A stretch of DNA of 64,000 nt from a virus (taxonomy: Duplodnaviria > Caudoviricetes). The notes beneath the pieces were generated by a model that was given only the letters and a program-made list of their open reading frames with translations, was not told where the DNA came from and did no database searches. The stretch spans positions 1-64,000 of IMG/VR virus record IMGVR_UViG_3300034071_000801, one strand, 5' to 3'. A program made the translations under genes and the position numbers. Positions 29,361 to 39,313 of the stretch are shown piece by piece (positions within the stretch are counted from its first letter, which is position 1; the number at the start of each line of letters is the position of its first letter).

Positions 29361-29625
29361 CTCTATTCATTTTAGATTCATATATGTAATAAGTGATTAT
29401 TACTGGCTCTTCATTATAATTATGTAATAGATCAGGAATTTGTCTATTTCCACATATCACATCAAATTGTTCTTTTGTGTAAAGAGCATTTCCTTGTGGT
29501 CCAATAGTTCTATGTTTCCTAAGACCTAATTTTGATATTTTATTTCTTGTAGATTTATCACTTGTACCTAACTTAATTGACATTTCTTCAATGGTGTAGT
29601 ATATATTCTTATTTGCTATTTCCAT
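29353..29625 (-). CDS. Small HTH DNA-binding protein
   Basis: YYTIEEMSIKLGTSDKSTRNKI..LYT. Confidence 0.55.
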   Translation of the reverse strand: MEIANKNIYYTIEEMSIKLGTSDKSTRNKISKLGLRKHRTIGPQGNALYTKEQFDVICGNRQIPDLLHNYNEEPVIITYYIYESKMNRDE

Positions 29626-29851
29626 TTACAGATTGTTTTACAAGTTCTCTTTCATCTTCAAAGACATATCTATACTTAGTATCTTTATACTCTTCCATGA
29701 TGTATGGATTTTGTAGCTTTCTCCAGAAGTTCTTATCATCTTTAGTTTCTACAGCTAAGATGATGTGAGCATCATTGTATCCACAAACATATCCTTTATA
29801 TTTTGGATGTACAATTAACATGTTCTTATACTGGTTGAATAGTCTTTCCAT
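29609..29851 (-). CDS. Hypothetical protein
   Basis: ORF overlapping its neighbours in the operon. Confidence 0.6.
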   Translation of the reverse strand: MERLFNQYKNMLIVHPKYKGYVCGYNDAHIILAVETKDDKNFWRKLQNPYIMEEYKDTKYRYVFEDERELVKQSVNGNSK

Positions 29852-30164
29852 CTTTGTCTAGGTTTAAACTTTTTAATCTATTCTCTATTTCATATTCCAC
29901 TTTAAGAATAAAATTGATTTTCTCTTCAAGTTCTTGGTTTATGATTCTACCTACGAATGGAAGAAGTTCTTCAAGATTTGTATACACTTTAGCCAGTCCA
30001 TACTTAGTTTTGATTTGCTCATATTTAAATCCTGGTATATGTTTAAGATCATTAAATATTTGATCTACATACATAATTACAGAAGGCTCACTGATGTCCA
30101 ATCCATAATGTCCTTCTTCTAAATAATAATCATATTTACTATTGAATTCTTTTGTTGTTCTCAT
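29826..30164 (-). CDS. Hypothetical phage protein (QIKxKxG motif)
   Basis: EQIKTKYG; preceded by a TAnnTTTG element. Confidence 0.65.
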   Translation of the reverse strand: MRTTKEFNSKYDYYLEEGHYGLDISEPSVIMYVDQIFNDLKHIPGFKYEQIKTKYGLAKVYTNLEELLPFVGRIINQELEEKINFILKVEYEIENRLKSLNLDKDGKTIQPV

Positions 30165-30177
30165 GTTTTTTAAATTA

Positions 30178-30204
30178 AGGGAGACAAATATACATTATCT
30201 CCCT
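30178..30204 (-). promoter_or_regulatory. -7 element TATATTTG inside an inverted repeat
   Basis: Minus strand reads AGGGAGA-taatgTATATTTG-TCTCCCT. Confidence 0.5.
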
Positions 30205-30212
30205 GGTTATTC

Positions 30213-30599
30213 CTAATTATTCTCTTCTATTTTTGGAGATAGTTTATTCTCTAAGATTTCAAATGCAGATCCTATAGAAGCTAATTCTGCTTCTTTTCTA
30301 CTGTTAAATATTCTAGGATCTAAAAATTTATTTGGAGCTAATGACCACATAAATATATTTTCAATTCTAGATATGTTTAAATAGATTTCATTCTCATCAA
30401 ATACATCAAATAACATTCTAGGATTAACATCTATTAATATACCTATCTTATCATCTTCTATTCCTTGTTCAAGTATGAATTCTTTAAACTCATCAGGCAC
30501 TGTATCATCTTTAAATGATTCAAGCATTGATTTGAAAAACCATTCTTTTACTATCTTTCCTGCTGTAGGATACGTTTGTATCAATTCTAATCCTTTCAT
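30213..30599 (-). CDS. Hypothetical protein
   Basis: 128-aa ORF. Confidence 0.7.
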   Translation of the reverse strand: MKGLELIQTYPTAGKIVKEWFFKSMLESFKDDTVPDEFKEFILEQGIEDDKIGILIDVNPRMLFDVFDENEIYLNISRIENIFMWSLAPNKFLDPRIFNSRKEAELASIGSAFEILENKLSPKIEENN

Positions 30600-30600
30600 A

Positions 30601-30804
30601 TTAGTCTATTATTAATTGTTTATTTAATGCTACTCCTGCGTCTAACCACCACACTCTCTCAAAATCATATTCTGTTAGTGGATCTTTACTTTTTGATGCT
30701 TGATATTTAATATCATACATCAAGCTGGCTAAATGACAAAACTCTGCAGCTTTATCACTTCCTACTTCTTCTATAATCGCTTCTAAGATATCTCTGTTAC
30801 ACAT
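30601..30804 (-). CDS. Hypothetical protein
   Basis: 67-aa ORF. Confidence 0.6.
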   Translation of the reverse strand: MCNRDILEAIIEEVGSDKAAEFCHLASLMYDIKYQASKSKDPLTEYDFERVWWLDAGVALNKQLIID

Positions 30805-31349
30805 AATTCTTTTATTTTATCAAGTTCTAAAATTTCTTTTGATTCATCGAATCCTTCCCACACTTCATACTCATCTTCAAATGTAATACCAAGCTTCTCT
30901 TCCCAAAATTCTATAAGATCTTTACTCTTTGCAAACACTCTGCTTTGTAAGCTTAGTTCATCTTTACTAAGTCCTGATTTTATAATCTTTACAGATTTTG
31001 GAAATTCATTTTGAAATGCTTTTGATGTCTTAGAATATTTACCATCTCTAACAAGTGCATAATCTTTCTTGAATTTCTCATTAAGCTGATACACCACTAC
31101 GACATAACCATCTTCATAATCATAATCTTCTATTATGTTTTTGGTTCTTTCATATTCATTATCTAGAAACTCTCTAAACTTATCTAGATCATCTGGTTTG
31201 AATAGAATATACACAGCATTTTCATACTGTGCATCTTTTCTATCATCTTTTATATATCCATTAATAAATCCATTACTCTTTAGAGCATCTTTAGGAAATT
31301 TTAATGTTGGCACCATAAAGATGCTGGTTATTGTTTTCTTTACTGTCAT
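30783..31349 (-). CDS. Conserved hypothetical protein next to the exonuclease
   Basis: 188 aa with a GKYSK motif. Confidence 0.65.
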   Translation of the reverse strand: MTVKKTITSIFMVPTLKFPKDALKSNGFINGYIKDDRKDAQYENAVYILFKPDDLDKFREFLDNEYERTKNIIEDYDYEDGYVVVVYQLNEKFKKDYALVRDGKYSKTSKAFQNEFPKSVKIIKSGLSKDELSLQSRVFAKSKDLIEFWEEKLGITFEDEYEVWEGFDESKEILELDKIKELCVTEIS

Positions 31350-31352
31350 TTT

Positions 31353-32405
31353 TTATCCCTTGATGTTTACAATTCCGTTAGATAAATAGTTTTTGTGGCT
31401 TATGTTCCATGTATTTGTTTCTCTACACCATTTCAATGCTGCAATCAAACCTCCTACACCAGGATAAGTTCTTCCTTTGTGTGTAAATCCGTGATAAGCA
31501 TCTTCCATATCATCAATATCTAATGTGTAGATCAATGGTTGATAGTAATTAGTGCTATCACATACAATAAATTGTAAATAGTTCACTTGATATCCATAAT
31601 AAGGACTATCTGGATTATCTGCTAGATGTATCATTGCGTGAAAATACAAATAAGCTTGTATGTACGCTCTTCTGTACAAGTAATATTCTTCATAAAAGTT
31701 CTCTACACTCCATGTACATTTCAAATCATACGGTTGGATAGTCTTCTCTTTGTGATCAATCACCACTTTATCAAGCATACTCTTGAACAAATGTCCATCA
31801 ATTGTGTATCCTTCTACTTGCATTTGATCTATCACCTCATATCTAGAACTATTAAATAGATTTACAATTGGTGCTGTTGCACTATTGATTCTAAGCTGTT
31901 CTACAATCTTCTCAGCAATAGATATCTCCATAGTGTTTACAACAGTTAGATTCTTAGTTCTCACCTTTCTAATCTCATTATAATAGATTTCTGCATCACT
32001 TCCATAAAACTTACCTATTACAGCTTCGTATTTAATCTTGAATCCTGATAAGTTATAAGCATCTAATAGAATATCTGTAAATTCTCTACTAATTATACCA
32101 GCTTCATCTGTAGCATCTCTTGTTACACGATATAATGCTTCAACAAAATCTAACATAAGTCCTGTTGGTGTAGATATACAAGATGACATATAGAACTTAT
32201 CATCAAATAGATGTGGTTCCATAAGTAGGGTTTCAACTATTCTACCCATATTAGCTGCAGAGCTATCTTTATCTTCTACTTTCTCTCCAAGGAAATATTT
32301 CTTGTAATACTTCTTTCTGTCTTGAGAGAAATCTTTTAGGCTACTGGATGAATCCATAAGCACTGCTCTATATTGAGCTTCTGTTTTTGCTGTTCCTTTT
32401 ATCAT
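31353..32405 (-). CDS. PD-(D/E)xK exonuclease (ExoVIII/DUF3799-like)
   Basis: SSSSLKDF..MGRIVETLLMEP..KSMLD..YDLK..Y..QAYLY. Confidence 0.8.
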   Translation of the reverse strand: MIKGTAKTEAQYRAVLMDSSSSLKDFSQDRKKYYKKYFLGEKVEDKDSSAANMGRIVETLLMEPHLFDDKFYMSSCISTPTGLMLDFVEALYRVTRDATDEAGIISREFTDILLDAYNLSGFKIKYEAVIGKFYGSDAEIYYNEIRKVRTKNLTVVNTMEISIAEKIVEQLRINSATAPIVNLFNSSRYEVIDQMQVEGYTIDGHLFKSMLDKVVIDHKEKTIQPYDLKCTWSVENFYEEYYLYRRAYIQAYLYFHAMIHLADNPDSPYYGYQVNYLQFIVCDSTNYYQPLIYTLDIDDMEDAYHGFTHKGRTYPGVGGLIAALKWCRETNTWNISHKNYLSNGIVNIKG

Positions 32406-32409
32406 AATG

Positions 32410-32631
32410 TTATTTAATTATTGTTACTTCTCCTTGTGTCTCAATCCAAACATGTGCTCCACAACTTAATGGTTTGTCTGGACTATATACCACCTTACTA
32501 GGACCTAGCACCTCAACTTCATGAGCATATCTATTATCTTTGTAAGTCTTAACAGTTAGAACAGGATCTTCTACACCATTCTTTCTGTTGCTCTTAATCA
32601 CATGCTGGTTAACATGTATTATAGTCTTCAT
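32410..32631 (-). CDS. Conserved phage hypothetical protein
   Basis: IHVNQHVI..YSPDKPLSCGAHVWIET. Confidence 0.7.
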   Translation of the reverse strand: MKTIIHVNQHVIKSNRKNGVEDPVLTVKTYKDNRYAHEVEVLGPSKVVYSPDKPLSCGAHVWIETQGEVTIIK

Positions 32632-32793
32632 ATTATTTATAGATTAATATTGCACTATATTTGTAAATCTCTTTTGGATGAGGTACATGCACTAAAGACA
32701 TTGATACAACTGTCTTTACTATCTTCTTATCTATTAGTTGCTGTAACTCTTTATTTATATTGAAGAGTTTTTCATCTTCCCATGTCCATGTAT

Positions 32794-33024
32794 TCATAAT
32801 GTTTGTTTAAATGCTTCTATAATTTGTGGATACAAAGCTCGTATCTCCCTTGGTACTCTAGCAAAGAACCATCTAACCTCTAGTTCATATTCTTCTCCTC
32901 CATTATCTAATCCTTGAGGATGTATTAACCAGAAGTAATGATATTTACCTTCATGCTCTATGTGTCCTTCATGCCACACCTCATTAAATGCAGGTGTCTT
33001 GTTAATTGTAATTGCGTTAGTCAT
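32794..33024 (-). CDS. Hypothetical protein
   Basis: 76-aa ORF. Confidence 0.6.
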   Translation of the reverse strand: MTNAITINKTPAFNEVWHEGHIEHEGKYHYFWLIHPQGLDNGGEEYELEVRWFFARVPREIRALYPQIIEAFKQTL

Positions 33025-33424
33025 CTATTGTTATTTTATTTGTGTAACGATATTCTAGTTCTTCATCCATAATTCTTTCCATCCATGGAGCAATTTTTCC
33101 TCTCATATCTAAAAGAATATTAAGTATATGCTCATTTGACATATCAGCTATAGATTTATATGATAGAGGATCTCTACCATCTTTACCTCTATTACCCCAA
33201 TGTGCAGCACTTCTATTCATCATGTGATCATCTGATAGATATATTGTAGAACTACTATCTACTAATGAAAGATCTTTTCCTCCATAGCGTTGATAATCTG
33301 TACCACCATCTATCATTGTTTCATTCTCACATCCACATGTTTTATAATCATGTCTGTTGTATGATGTAAGTACATCTCCACAGCCTTTACACTGAATCCT
33401 GTTCAGTATTATTTGTATTTCCAT
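33017..33424 (-). CDS. Zn-ribbon protein
   Basis: NRIQCKGCGD..RHDYKTCGC..IDGG. Confidence 0.7.
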   Translation of the reverse strand: MEIQIILNRIQCKGCGDVLTSYNRHDYKTCGCENETMIDGGTDYQRYGGKDLSLVDSSSTIYLSDDHMMNRSAAHWGNRGKDGRDPLSYKSIADMSNEHILNILLDMRGKIAPWMERIMDEELEYRYTNKITIDD

Positions 33425-33699
33425 TGATCATTCTTTTTAAATGTTTATACATTCTATTTCCTAAACACCATGGACATGGTCCATTGTTTCTGCAACTATG
33501 GCTAACAGCTTTAGCTCCAGTTTTCTTTTTCTTGATAGTTCTGCTCATTTAACTCTCATTCTGTATCCCCATCTTGATTCTGCTAAGAATATTTGGAAAT
33601 AATAATCTTGATAATAACTAAGTCTTCTACCACTGATTAAGTCATATGTAGATGCTCTATCTGTTTTCACCATAGTGAGTCTACTTATAAATTCTTTTA

Positions 33700-34089
33700 T
33701 CATAATGTTTTCTTTTTAGCTTGTTTCTCTTTTAAGGTTTTCTTATCATGACATGTAGTACAAAGCACCTGTAGATTATCTTGTTCACAGAATAATCTCT
33801 CCACAAATCCTGGAAGATCTTCTGCACAGTTTAAACTCCCTGCAGGCTTTATATGATCTACATTAATATTCTTTTCAGTAGTCCAAGTCTTGCACTTCTT
33901 ACATTGGTATTCGTATTTTTGTCTTTTACTAGTTCCTTTGTAATCTCTACGTGCATTTAATTTACATACTGATATAGGTTTCCACCATCTGCTCTTCTGT
34001 CTCAAAGCACTTCTTATGAAGCTCCAGAATGCAGCTTCACTCATGGTACCTGCACATCTTGTCTTTGGGACTAACACTCTCTTTGCCAT
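33700..34089 (-). CDS. HNH endonuclease
   Basis: CKKC..VDHI..NLQVLCTTCH. Start moved to MAKRVL at 34089, downstream of a TAnnTTTG element. Confidence 0.85.
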   Translation of the reverse strand: MAKRVLVPKTRCAGTMSEAAFWSFIRSALRQKSRWWKPISVCKLNARRDYKGTSKRQKYEYQCKKCKTWTTEKNINVDHIKPAGSLNCAEDLPGFVERLFCEQDNLQVLCTTCHDKKTLKEKQAKKKTL

Positions 34090-34108
34090 ACGTTTATAAT
34101 TAAGTTTC

Positions 34109-34135
34109 GTCCCAAAGATATAATAAATTTGGGAC
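34109..34135 (-). promoter_or_regulatory. -7 element TATCTTTG inside an 8-bp inverted repeat
   Basis: GTCCCAAA...TTTGGGAC; element at 34113-34120. Confidence 0.5.
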
Positions 34136-34150
34136 AAAACTATAATTAAA

Positions 34151-35683
34151 TTAATTAATCGTAATCACACGATTAGTTATTTTGGCTTTCATTTCACTAA
34201 GACTGTTAACAATATTGTTAATCTCTGAAGCTGATATACCTGGCATGTTGAATTCATACTTTCTAGACTCAGCTGCAAATCCTTCTTTAGCTTTCTCTGC
34301 AAGAGATTCTAATTCACGGATAGCATATTGCTCATCTAATTGTAAGAAATCAAAACTTCTATCATTCATGATTTGATCTGCTTCAGCAACAGTGGTTAAC
34401 ATGAATGGAAGATATTCCCAACATCTACCTTTCTCTGTACCAATACCAACCACCTTCATAGGATTATGAAGAGTCATAACTGTAGTATCACCACAAAGAA
34501 CATAAGGAGCTGTGTAACCAGCAAAGTGAAGACCTGCTGTAGCACAATCTTGTGTACTCCAGTTACATTCTTCTTTAGGCATAGAGACCACTTGTCCTAT
34601 ACGAATATCAAATGTTCTGGTCCAGTTATCAGTGAATCTATTTTCTTCTCTATTAGGAAGATCTAAATACAATGCTGTTAACCCACCAATTTTAGTTCCA
34701 TGATCTACAGGAACATCTACAGAATATGTATAAGGTTCAACTTCTCCTTCACCATTACATTCTTCACAATTGTAATATTCATCTTCATCTTCAATGTAAT
34801 CAGGATCATAAAATTGACCATCACCATTACATTCTTGACAAGTTGTAGATGTGTGAGTTTCAGTTGTTGTAAGAGCAGAATCATGTACAAGTTTGTACTC
34901 TCCATCTTGTAAGAAAATAGTGTAATTATCTGGATTCTTCTTCCATACAGCTTTCACCTTATTGTAAGCATTACTTACGAAGTGAACTAGTTCTGGAGAT
35001 CCATGAACAGTTACAACATTTCTTAAAGCTACAAAGAATCCTTGTTTAGTGATTTTGAAACTATTCTCTGTTAAGAATCTATATAGTTCATTAGCCACTT
35101 CAGCTCTTGGATTTAAACAACACCACATGAAGAAGTTCTTGTGTGCTAGATAATCATCATCATCGTTAAGAGCTTCTTCAAAAGTTCTAGTATCCATAGG
35201 TTGGTCTCCCACTCTATCAACTATCTCAATGAATTTCTCTACAAGCAATTGAGGCATACTTCTAGATGTACCTGCAAGATAAACTGAATTACCTTCTACA
35301 GTGAAATCATCAAGTTTTGCAAGTAGTTTCACTCCTTGTTGAAGAGCTTGTATTCTTGCTGCTTCAGCTTTCATATCTTCTACATCTTGCTTCACTTCTT
35401 GAGAACTTACAACAGCATGTATCTCATATATATCTCTTGCTGCTTGAACAGCATGATAATCATGTTCAGTTGCACCAGGCTTACTGATAATAGTTCCATC
35501 TGCTAACACTACAGTGAGTGTATCATTTACTAATTTAATAGCGAAATATGGTTTTTCATAGATCTTCTCCTGTTTAGGAGATGGTTCTTCCATTAAACTC
35601 TCTAACTTGTTAGCCACCACTTTAGTAATTGCAGATTCTGCTGTTTGCTTGAACCAGTCAAGACTTAAAAATTTGTGTTCCAT
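34151..35683 (-). CDS. rIIB: rIIB-like protein with an inserted CxxCxGxG zinc finger
   Basis: LNP..ELYRFL..IT..GFFVA.R..GQVVSMP..C..GLH; directly downstream of rIIA. Confidence 0.75.
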   Translation of the reverse strand: MEHKFLSLDWFKQTAESAITKVVANKLESLMEEPSPKQEKIYEKPYFAIKLVNDTLTVVLADGTIISKPGATEHDYHAVQAARDIYEIHAVVSSQEVKQDVEDMKAEAARIQALQQGVKLLAKLDDFTVEGNSVYLAGTSRSMPQLLVEKFIEIVDRVGDQPMDTRTFEEALNDDDDYLAHKNFFMWCCLNPRAEVANELYRFLTENSFKITKQGFFVALRNVVTVHGSPELVHFVSNAYNKVKAVWKKNPDNYTIFLQDGEYKLVHDSALTTTETHTSTTCQECNGDGQFYDPDYIEDEDEYYNCEECNGEGEVEPYTYSVDVPVDHGTKIGGLTALYLDLPNREENRFTDNWTRTFDIRIGQVVSMPKEECNWSTQDCATAGLHFAGYTAPYVLCGDTTVMTLHNPMKVVGIGTEKGRCWEYLPFMLTTVAEADQIMNDRSFDFLQLDEQYAIRELESLAEKAKEGFAAESRKYEFNMPGISASEINNIVNSLSEMKAKITNRVITIN

Positions 35684-35715
35684 TTTAATTTGATTTAATT
35701 GTTAATTGTTAAAGA

Positions 35716-35737
35716 GAGGGACACGAATGTCCCTCTG
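35716..35737 (-). terminator. UUCG hairpin between rIIA and rIIB
   Basis: Minus strand reads AGAGGGACA-TTCG-TGTCCCTCT. Confidence 0.6.
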
Positions 35738-35741
35738 TTAA

Positions 35742-38700
35742 TTATGTTAATTGATCTATTGTTTCTTCTGTAAGCACTTCATCATTGATTTTGATATTAT
35801 AGTGCTTTAAATCGACTCTATGCTTGTAATACTTGAACAAATCAGTCATTACTGGGATCATTGGATCATCTTCACGAGTGTAACCTAATCTTGCACATAC
35901 AGGATTCAAGAATGTAAGCTTCTCAAATATGTCTAACATCTCTAAATACTCTGTATAGATTTGTGGATCAAACAATTTATGTTCTGTTGCCACTTCTAAC
36001 ATAGCTTTTCTCAATGTATCATTTGTTTCTACATAATTATCTTTTCTATATTTAGATAGTCTATCTAATTTATTAAATAAGTCAGTAGATACATATTTCA
36101 AAGCATCTGCATGATCAAATGTACTTCTATAAGTACTTATCATCTCATGAATCAATATTGATGTAATGATTCTTTTGAATGGTGCTGTTTTACCTTCCAT
36201 AAACTTCTCGTAAGATATTAAATTGTGTATGTTTAGTTGTTCTACAATCTTTAGTTCTCTACTAGAGAATGTAATCACTTCCATCTTTTGTTTTCCCATC
36301 ATTCCATATAAAGGATCAAGTTTCAAGAAGTCCTCATGATGAGTATACACCTTTAATCCTTTACCCTTATGGAGACTTTCTAACTTATAGATTTGAGAAT
36401 CAAACTTACACTTTCTTCCATCATTCCATCTCATCAAGTCAACACCTTTCTTACAAACTATCTCTCCCTGCAGCTTCAGTCTTTTAGTACTAGCTAAGCC
36501 AGCTTTACTAATCTTTGCTTTTTTCTTGCTATCAATGAAATCTTGAGGAACTTCTAACTCATCAAGGTCTGTAAAGTTTTCTTCAATCATAGACATAATG
36601 TGTTGATACTCTTTAATAGCATCTCTCCATTGTTCTTTTGGAAATCTATCAAGTTTCAATAAATGATAATAAGTTTTAAGATCAAACTTAGCAGGAATTC
36701 CTAATTTCATAGGTGTACCTCTCTTAACAAGAAAATTACTTTGAGTTTCTTTACATGTAGCTCTTAGGAAGTCTTTCTTGATTTGAGGAATTCTATCAGT
36801 GTATACCCAAACATTACATTCTCCATTACATACACTTTCTAAGTTATATCCCCATACATAACCTTTATCTGCATCAGACATTCTTTTATATTTCAATGCA
36901 TATCTAACAGGAAATGGATCTACAAGAATGTTTTGCTTATAGGTTTTGTACAAAGAAGGAAAGTTTAATAACTTCACTCCTTCTAATTCTGGAACAATAG
37001 GTTTTACAGTGGAGAATTTAATGAACTCATCAATCTTAGATTTAGTACCATTACCCATTTCAACATAATGTCCATTCTTCTCAAGATGATTCACCACAGA
37101 TTTAATGTCACTTCCATCAGTGATAGCTTCGTTATATTTAGTAACAAAATAATCTCCCACTTGACCAAGTTTATCCATAATAATCTGCTTAGCTTCTTGT
37201 GTATATCTCAAAGATTCTCTATTTGGTGTAGGATAAATTCCATCACTCAATGAAAATCTAAGACCTATAGGAAATTGAATTCTATCAATACCAAGCTTCT
37301 CAAAGTCTAAAGGATAATACACATTGTCTAAACATATGTGTAAGTTTTGATCTGTAGACATTTCAGAGAATTGGAAATGTGGATGTCTAGAGATTACAAA
37401 ATCATTAGTAATCTTAGAATCTTCTGGTACATCAAAATATACACTTTCGAAATAACATAATTGTTCCTTAATCTTTTTGTGAAACTGCCATCTATCAGCA
37501 TACTTAACAGGAATAATGATTTTTACACCATTAGCTTCTGTTGTTTCTTTTTCATATAAAAGATCAATAGTGTTAGCATCTTCTCCTTCATACATCATAT
37601 ACTTACGTTCCATCCCATCTTTTCTACATACAAAATAGAAACTAGAGCTATAAGCTAGAGGAGCCTTGAAACCTAGCGGTTCTGTTAATCTCTGGTTTCC
37701 CAGAGTGTCGGACTATATCATCACCCTATAAATAGGGGTTGGACGCTTTTTCATATGGTTACTAACCCATACTACTTCCTGTTATTAAGCAGACTTTACT
37801 GCTCAGGTAGTCTCTAAACGTTCTGAAGATGTATCTTCAGCTTCGCTTTTGATTGTCATGTTAAATTCTACTACTTTATCATACTTTCTTTTAAGAAAAT
37901 AAGTAGCATCACTATACAAATAATTTACACTATCTAAAACTTCTTGTTTGTTTTCTATCCACAAAATATAATTAACCTGTGTTCTAACTTTTTCAGTTAT
38001 ATAAGGTTTACTTATATTTAGACATTTTGCTATTTCTAATAAAAATTCTTTATCAGTGGAGCAAAAAGCTAATTTAAGTTTATACTGTTGTTTATGTGGT
38101 TTAAAAATACTATGATTAGTTTTCCTAATGTATTTATATTGTAACTTTTTCAATATTACACTTCCATCACCATCTAAAAATCCTCTAATGAAATGAGGTA
38201 TTAAATGTTTTTCTAGTTTAGGAAAAGTCATTCCTAATTTACTTTTATTGATGATGCATCCTAAATCAATTAGATTGTTACCTATTTGATTTGATACTAT
38301 ATTGACACAGTGTTGAGGTTTATAACCTTTTTTAATACTTGAAGGAGTGTTGACAATATTCTTTTGTCCTCCTGCAGCTTCTTTAGATAATTCATCAAGA
38401 ATGTAACCATCCTCTTCTTGAACTCCTATTCTAAAGTTAAGTTTCCTATTACCTGAAGGTTGTGATATACATCCATCAGCATATATAAAACCTAAAATAT
38501 AAGCTTTGTATTCTGTGTCAATTAAATTGAAATAATTGTGATTAACTTTGTACTTGTATCCCATGGTGTGTTATGTTTAGGTTACAAAGATAATAATTTA
38601 ATTTAGATTTCCAAAAATTCATCCAATATTTTTTACACAAATTACTTTGTGCTGGGCCTAGTTTTGTTGACCCATCATACCTAATTCTGTTGTAGAATTT

Positions 38701-39032
38701 CTCTTGGTAGATTTACCATATTTACTAATGATGTTTCTTACATCATCAGCATCTAAGCCTATACCAAAATCTTCTACACAAAACTCATAGTTGTTAGCTG
38801 TAGATGCTTTAAATGAAACAATTATAGGAGTGTCCACTCCAGCTCTTCTATGGCTATCTAATGCATTACTTGCACATTCTCTGATAGCAGAGCCTATATC
38901 ATCAGAATATAAATTCTTACTTAACATCTGCATCAATATCTGAGCAGAATCTAAGTCTAGGGACATTCCAATTGATTCTTGTGATTGTCCTTCTTCTAGG
39001 ACATTTGCTTCTTTTTGTTTTTCTAATATCAT
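35742..39032 (-). CDS. rIIA: rIIA-like GHKL ATPase, spliced: exon 1 39032-38670, exon 2 37676-35742 (765 aa)
   Basis: LYSD..AIRE..SNALDSH, VEDFGIGL and YGKSTKR. Splicing restores GMMG|LGFKAPLAY in frame; PTPNRESL lies in exon 2. Confidence 0.9.
37803..38564 (-). CDS. Intron-encoded double-motif LAGLIDADG homing endonuclease
   Basis: AYILGFIYADGCI and HFIRGFLDGDGSV. Confidence 0.92.
   Translation of the reverse strand: MGYKYKVNHNYFNLIDTEYKAYILGFIYADGCISQPSGNRKLNFRIGVQEEDGYILDELSKEAAGGQKNIVNTPSSIKKGYKPQHCVNIVSNQIGNNLIDLGCIINKSKLGMTFPKLEKHLIPHFIRGFLDGDGSVILKKLQYKYIRKTNHSIFKPHKQQYKLKLAFCSTDKEFLLEIAKCLNISKPYITEKVRTQVNYILWIENKQEVLDSVNYLYSDATYFLKRKYDKVVEFNMTIKSEAEDTSSERLETT
38585..38615 (-). promoter_or_regulatory. 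Intron-internal promoter TTTG-N19-TATCTTTG for the endonuclease
   Basis: Full consensus about 20 nt upstream of the endonuclease ATG. Confidence 0.7.
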
Positions 39033-39043
39033 TTTTTATAATT

Positions 39044-39301
39044 TTAAATTGCTGTTCTTTTTATCAACCAAAGACCTCTATAATTAAGATCTAGGTATAT
39101 TGTTCTTATCACTGAATTGTCATTTAAATCATGTGCATTTAGGACTTCCACTTTAGTACTACTGTAGTGTCCACCCCAACTTCTAGTTTTAGCTGCTACA
39201 AGAGGTCTTATGATTCTTATTCTTCTAAGATCACTACCACATCCATAAATAACTTCATCACCTACAAGTAGGTTGTCAACTTTAATAATTTGATTTTCCA
39301 T
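39044..39301 (-). CDS. Hypothetical protein
   Basis: 85-aa ORF. Confidence 0.65.
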   Translation of the reverse strand: MENQIIKVDNLLVGDEVIYGCGSDLRRIRIIRPLVAAKTRSWGGHYSSTKVEVLNAHDLNDNSVIRTIYLDLNYRGLWLIKRTAI

Positions 39302-39313
39302 AATTTTAATTGT

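Larger units (their letters stand above)
37677..38669 (-). mobile_element. Group I intron (993 nt) in rIIA
   Basis: Exon 1 ends in U; P1 UGGGU/GCCCA; terminal G at 37677. P AATTTTTGGAA (38619-38609), Q AATCAAAAGC (37854-37845), R GTTTAGAGACTAC (37819-37807), S GATATAGTCC (37719-37710). Confidence 0.92.

Noticed and set aside
38658-39032. Stand-alone 124-aa protein or rIIA pseudogene
   Set aside because: It is exon 1 of rIIA; the stop lies inside the intron and splicing restores the frame.
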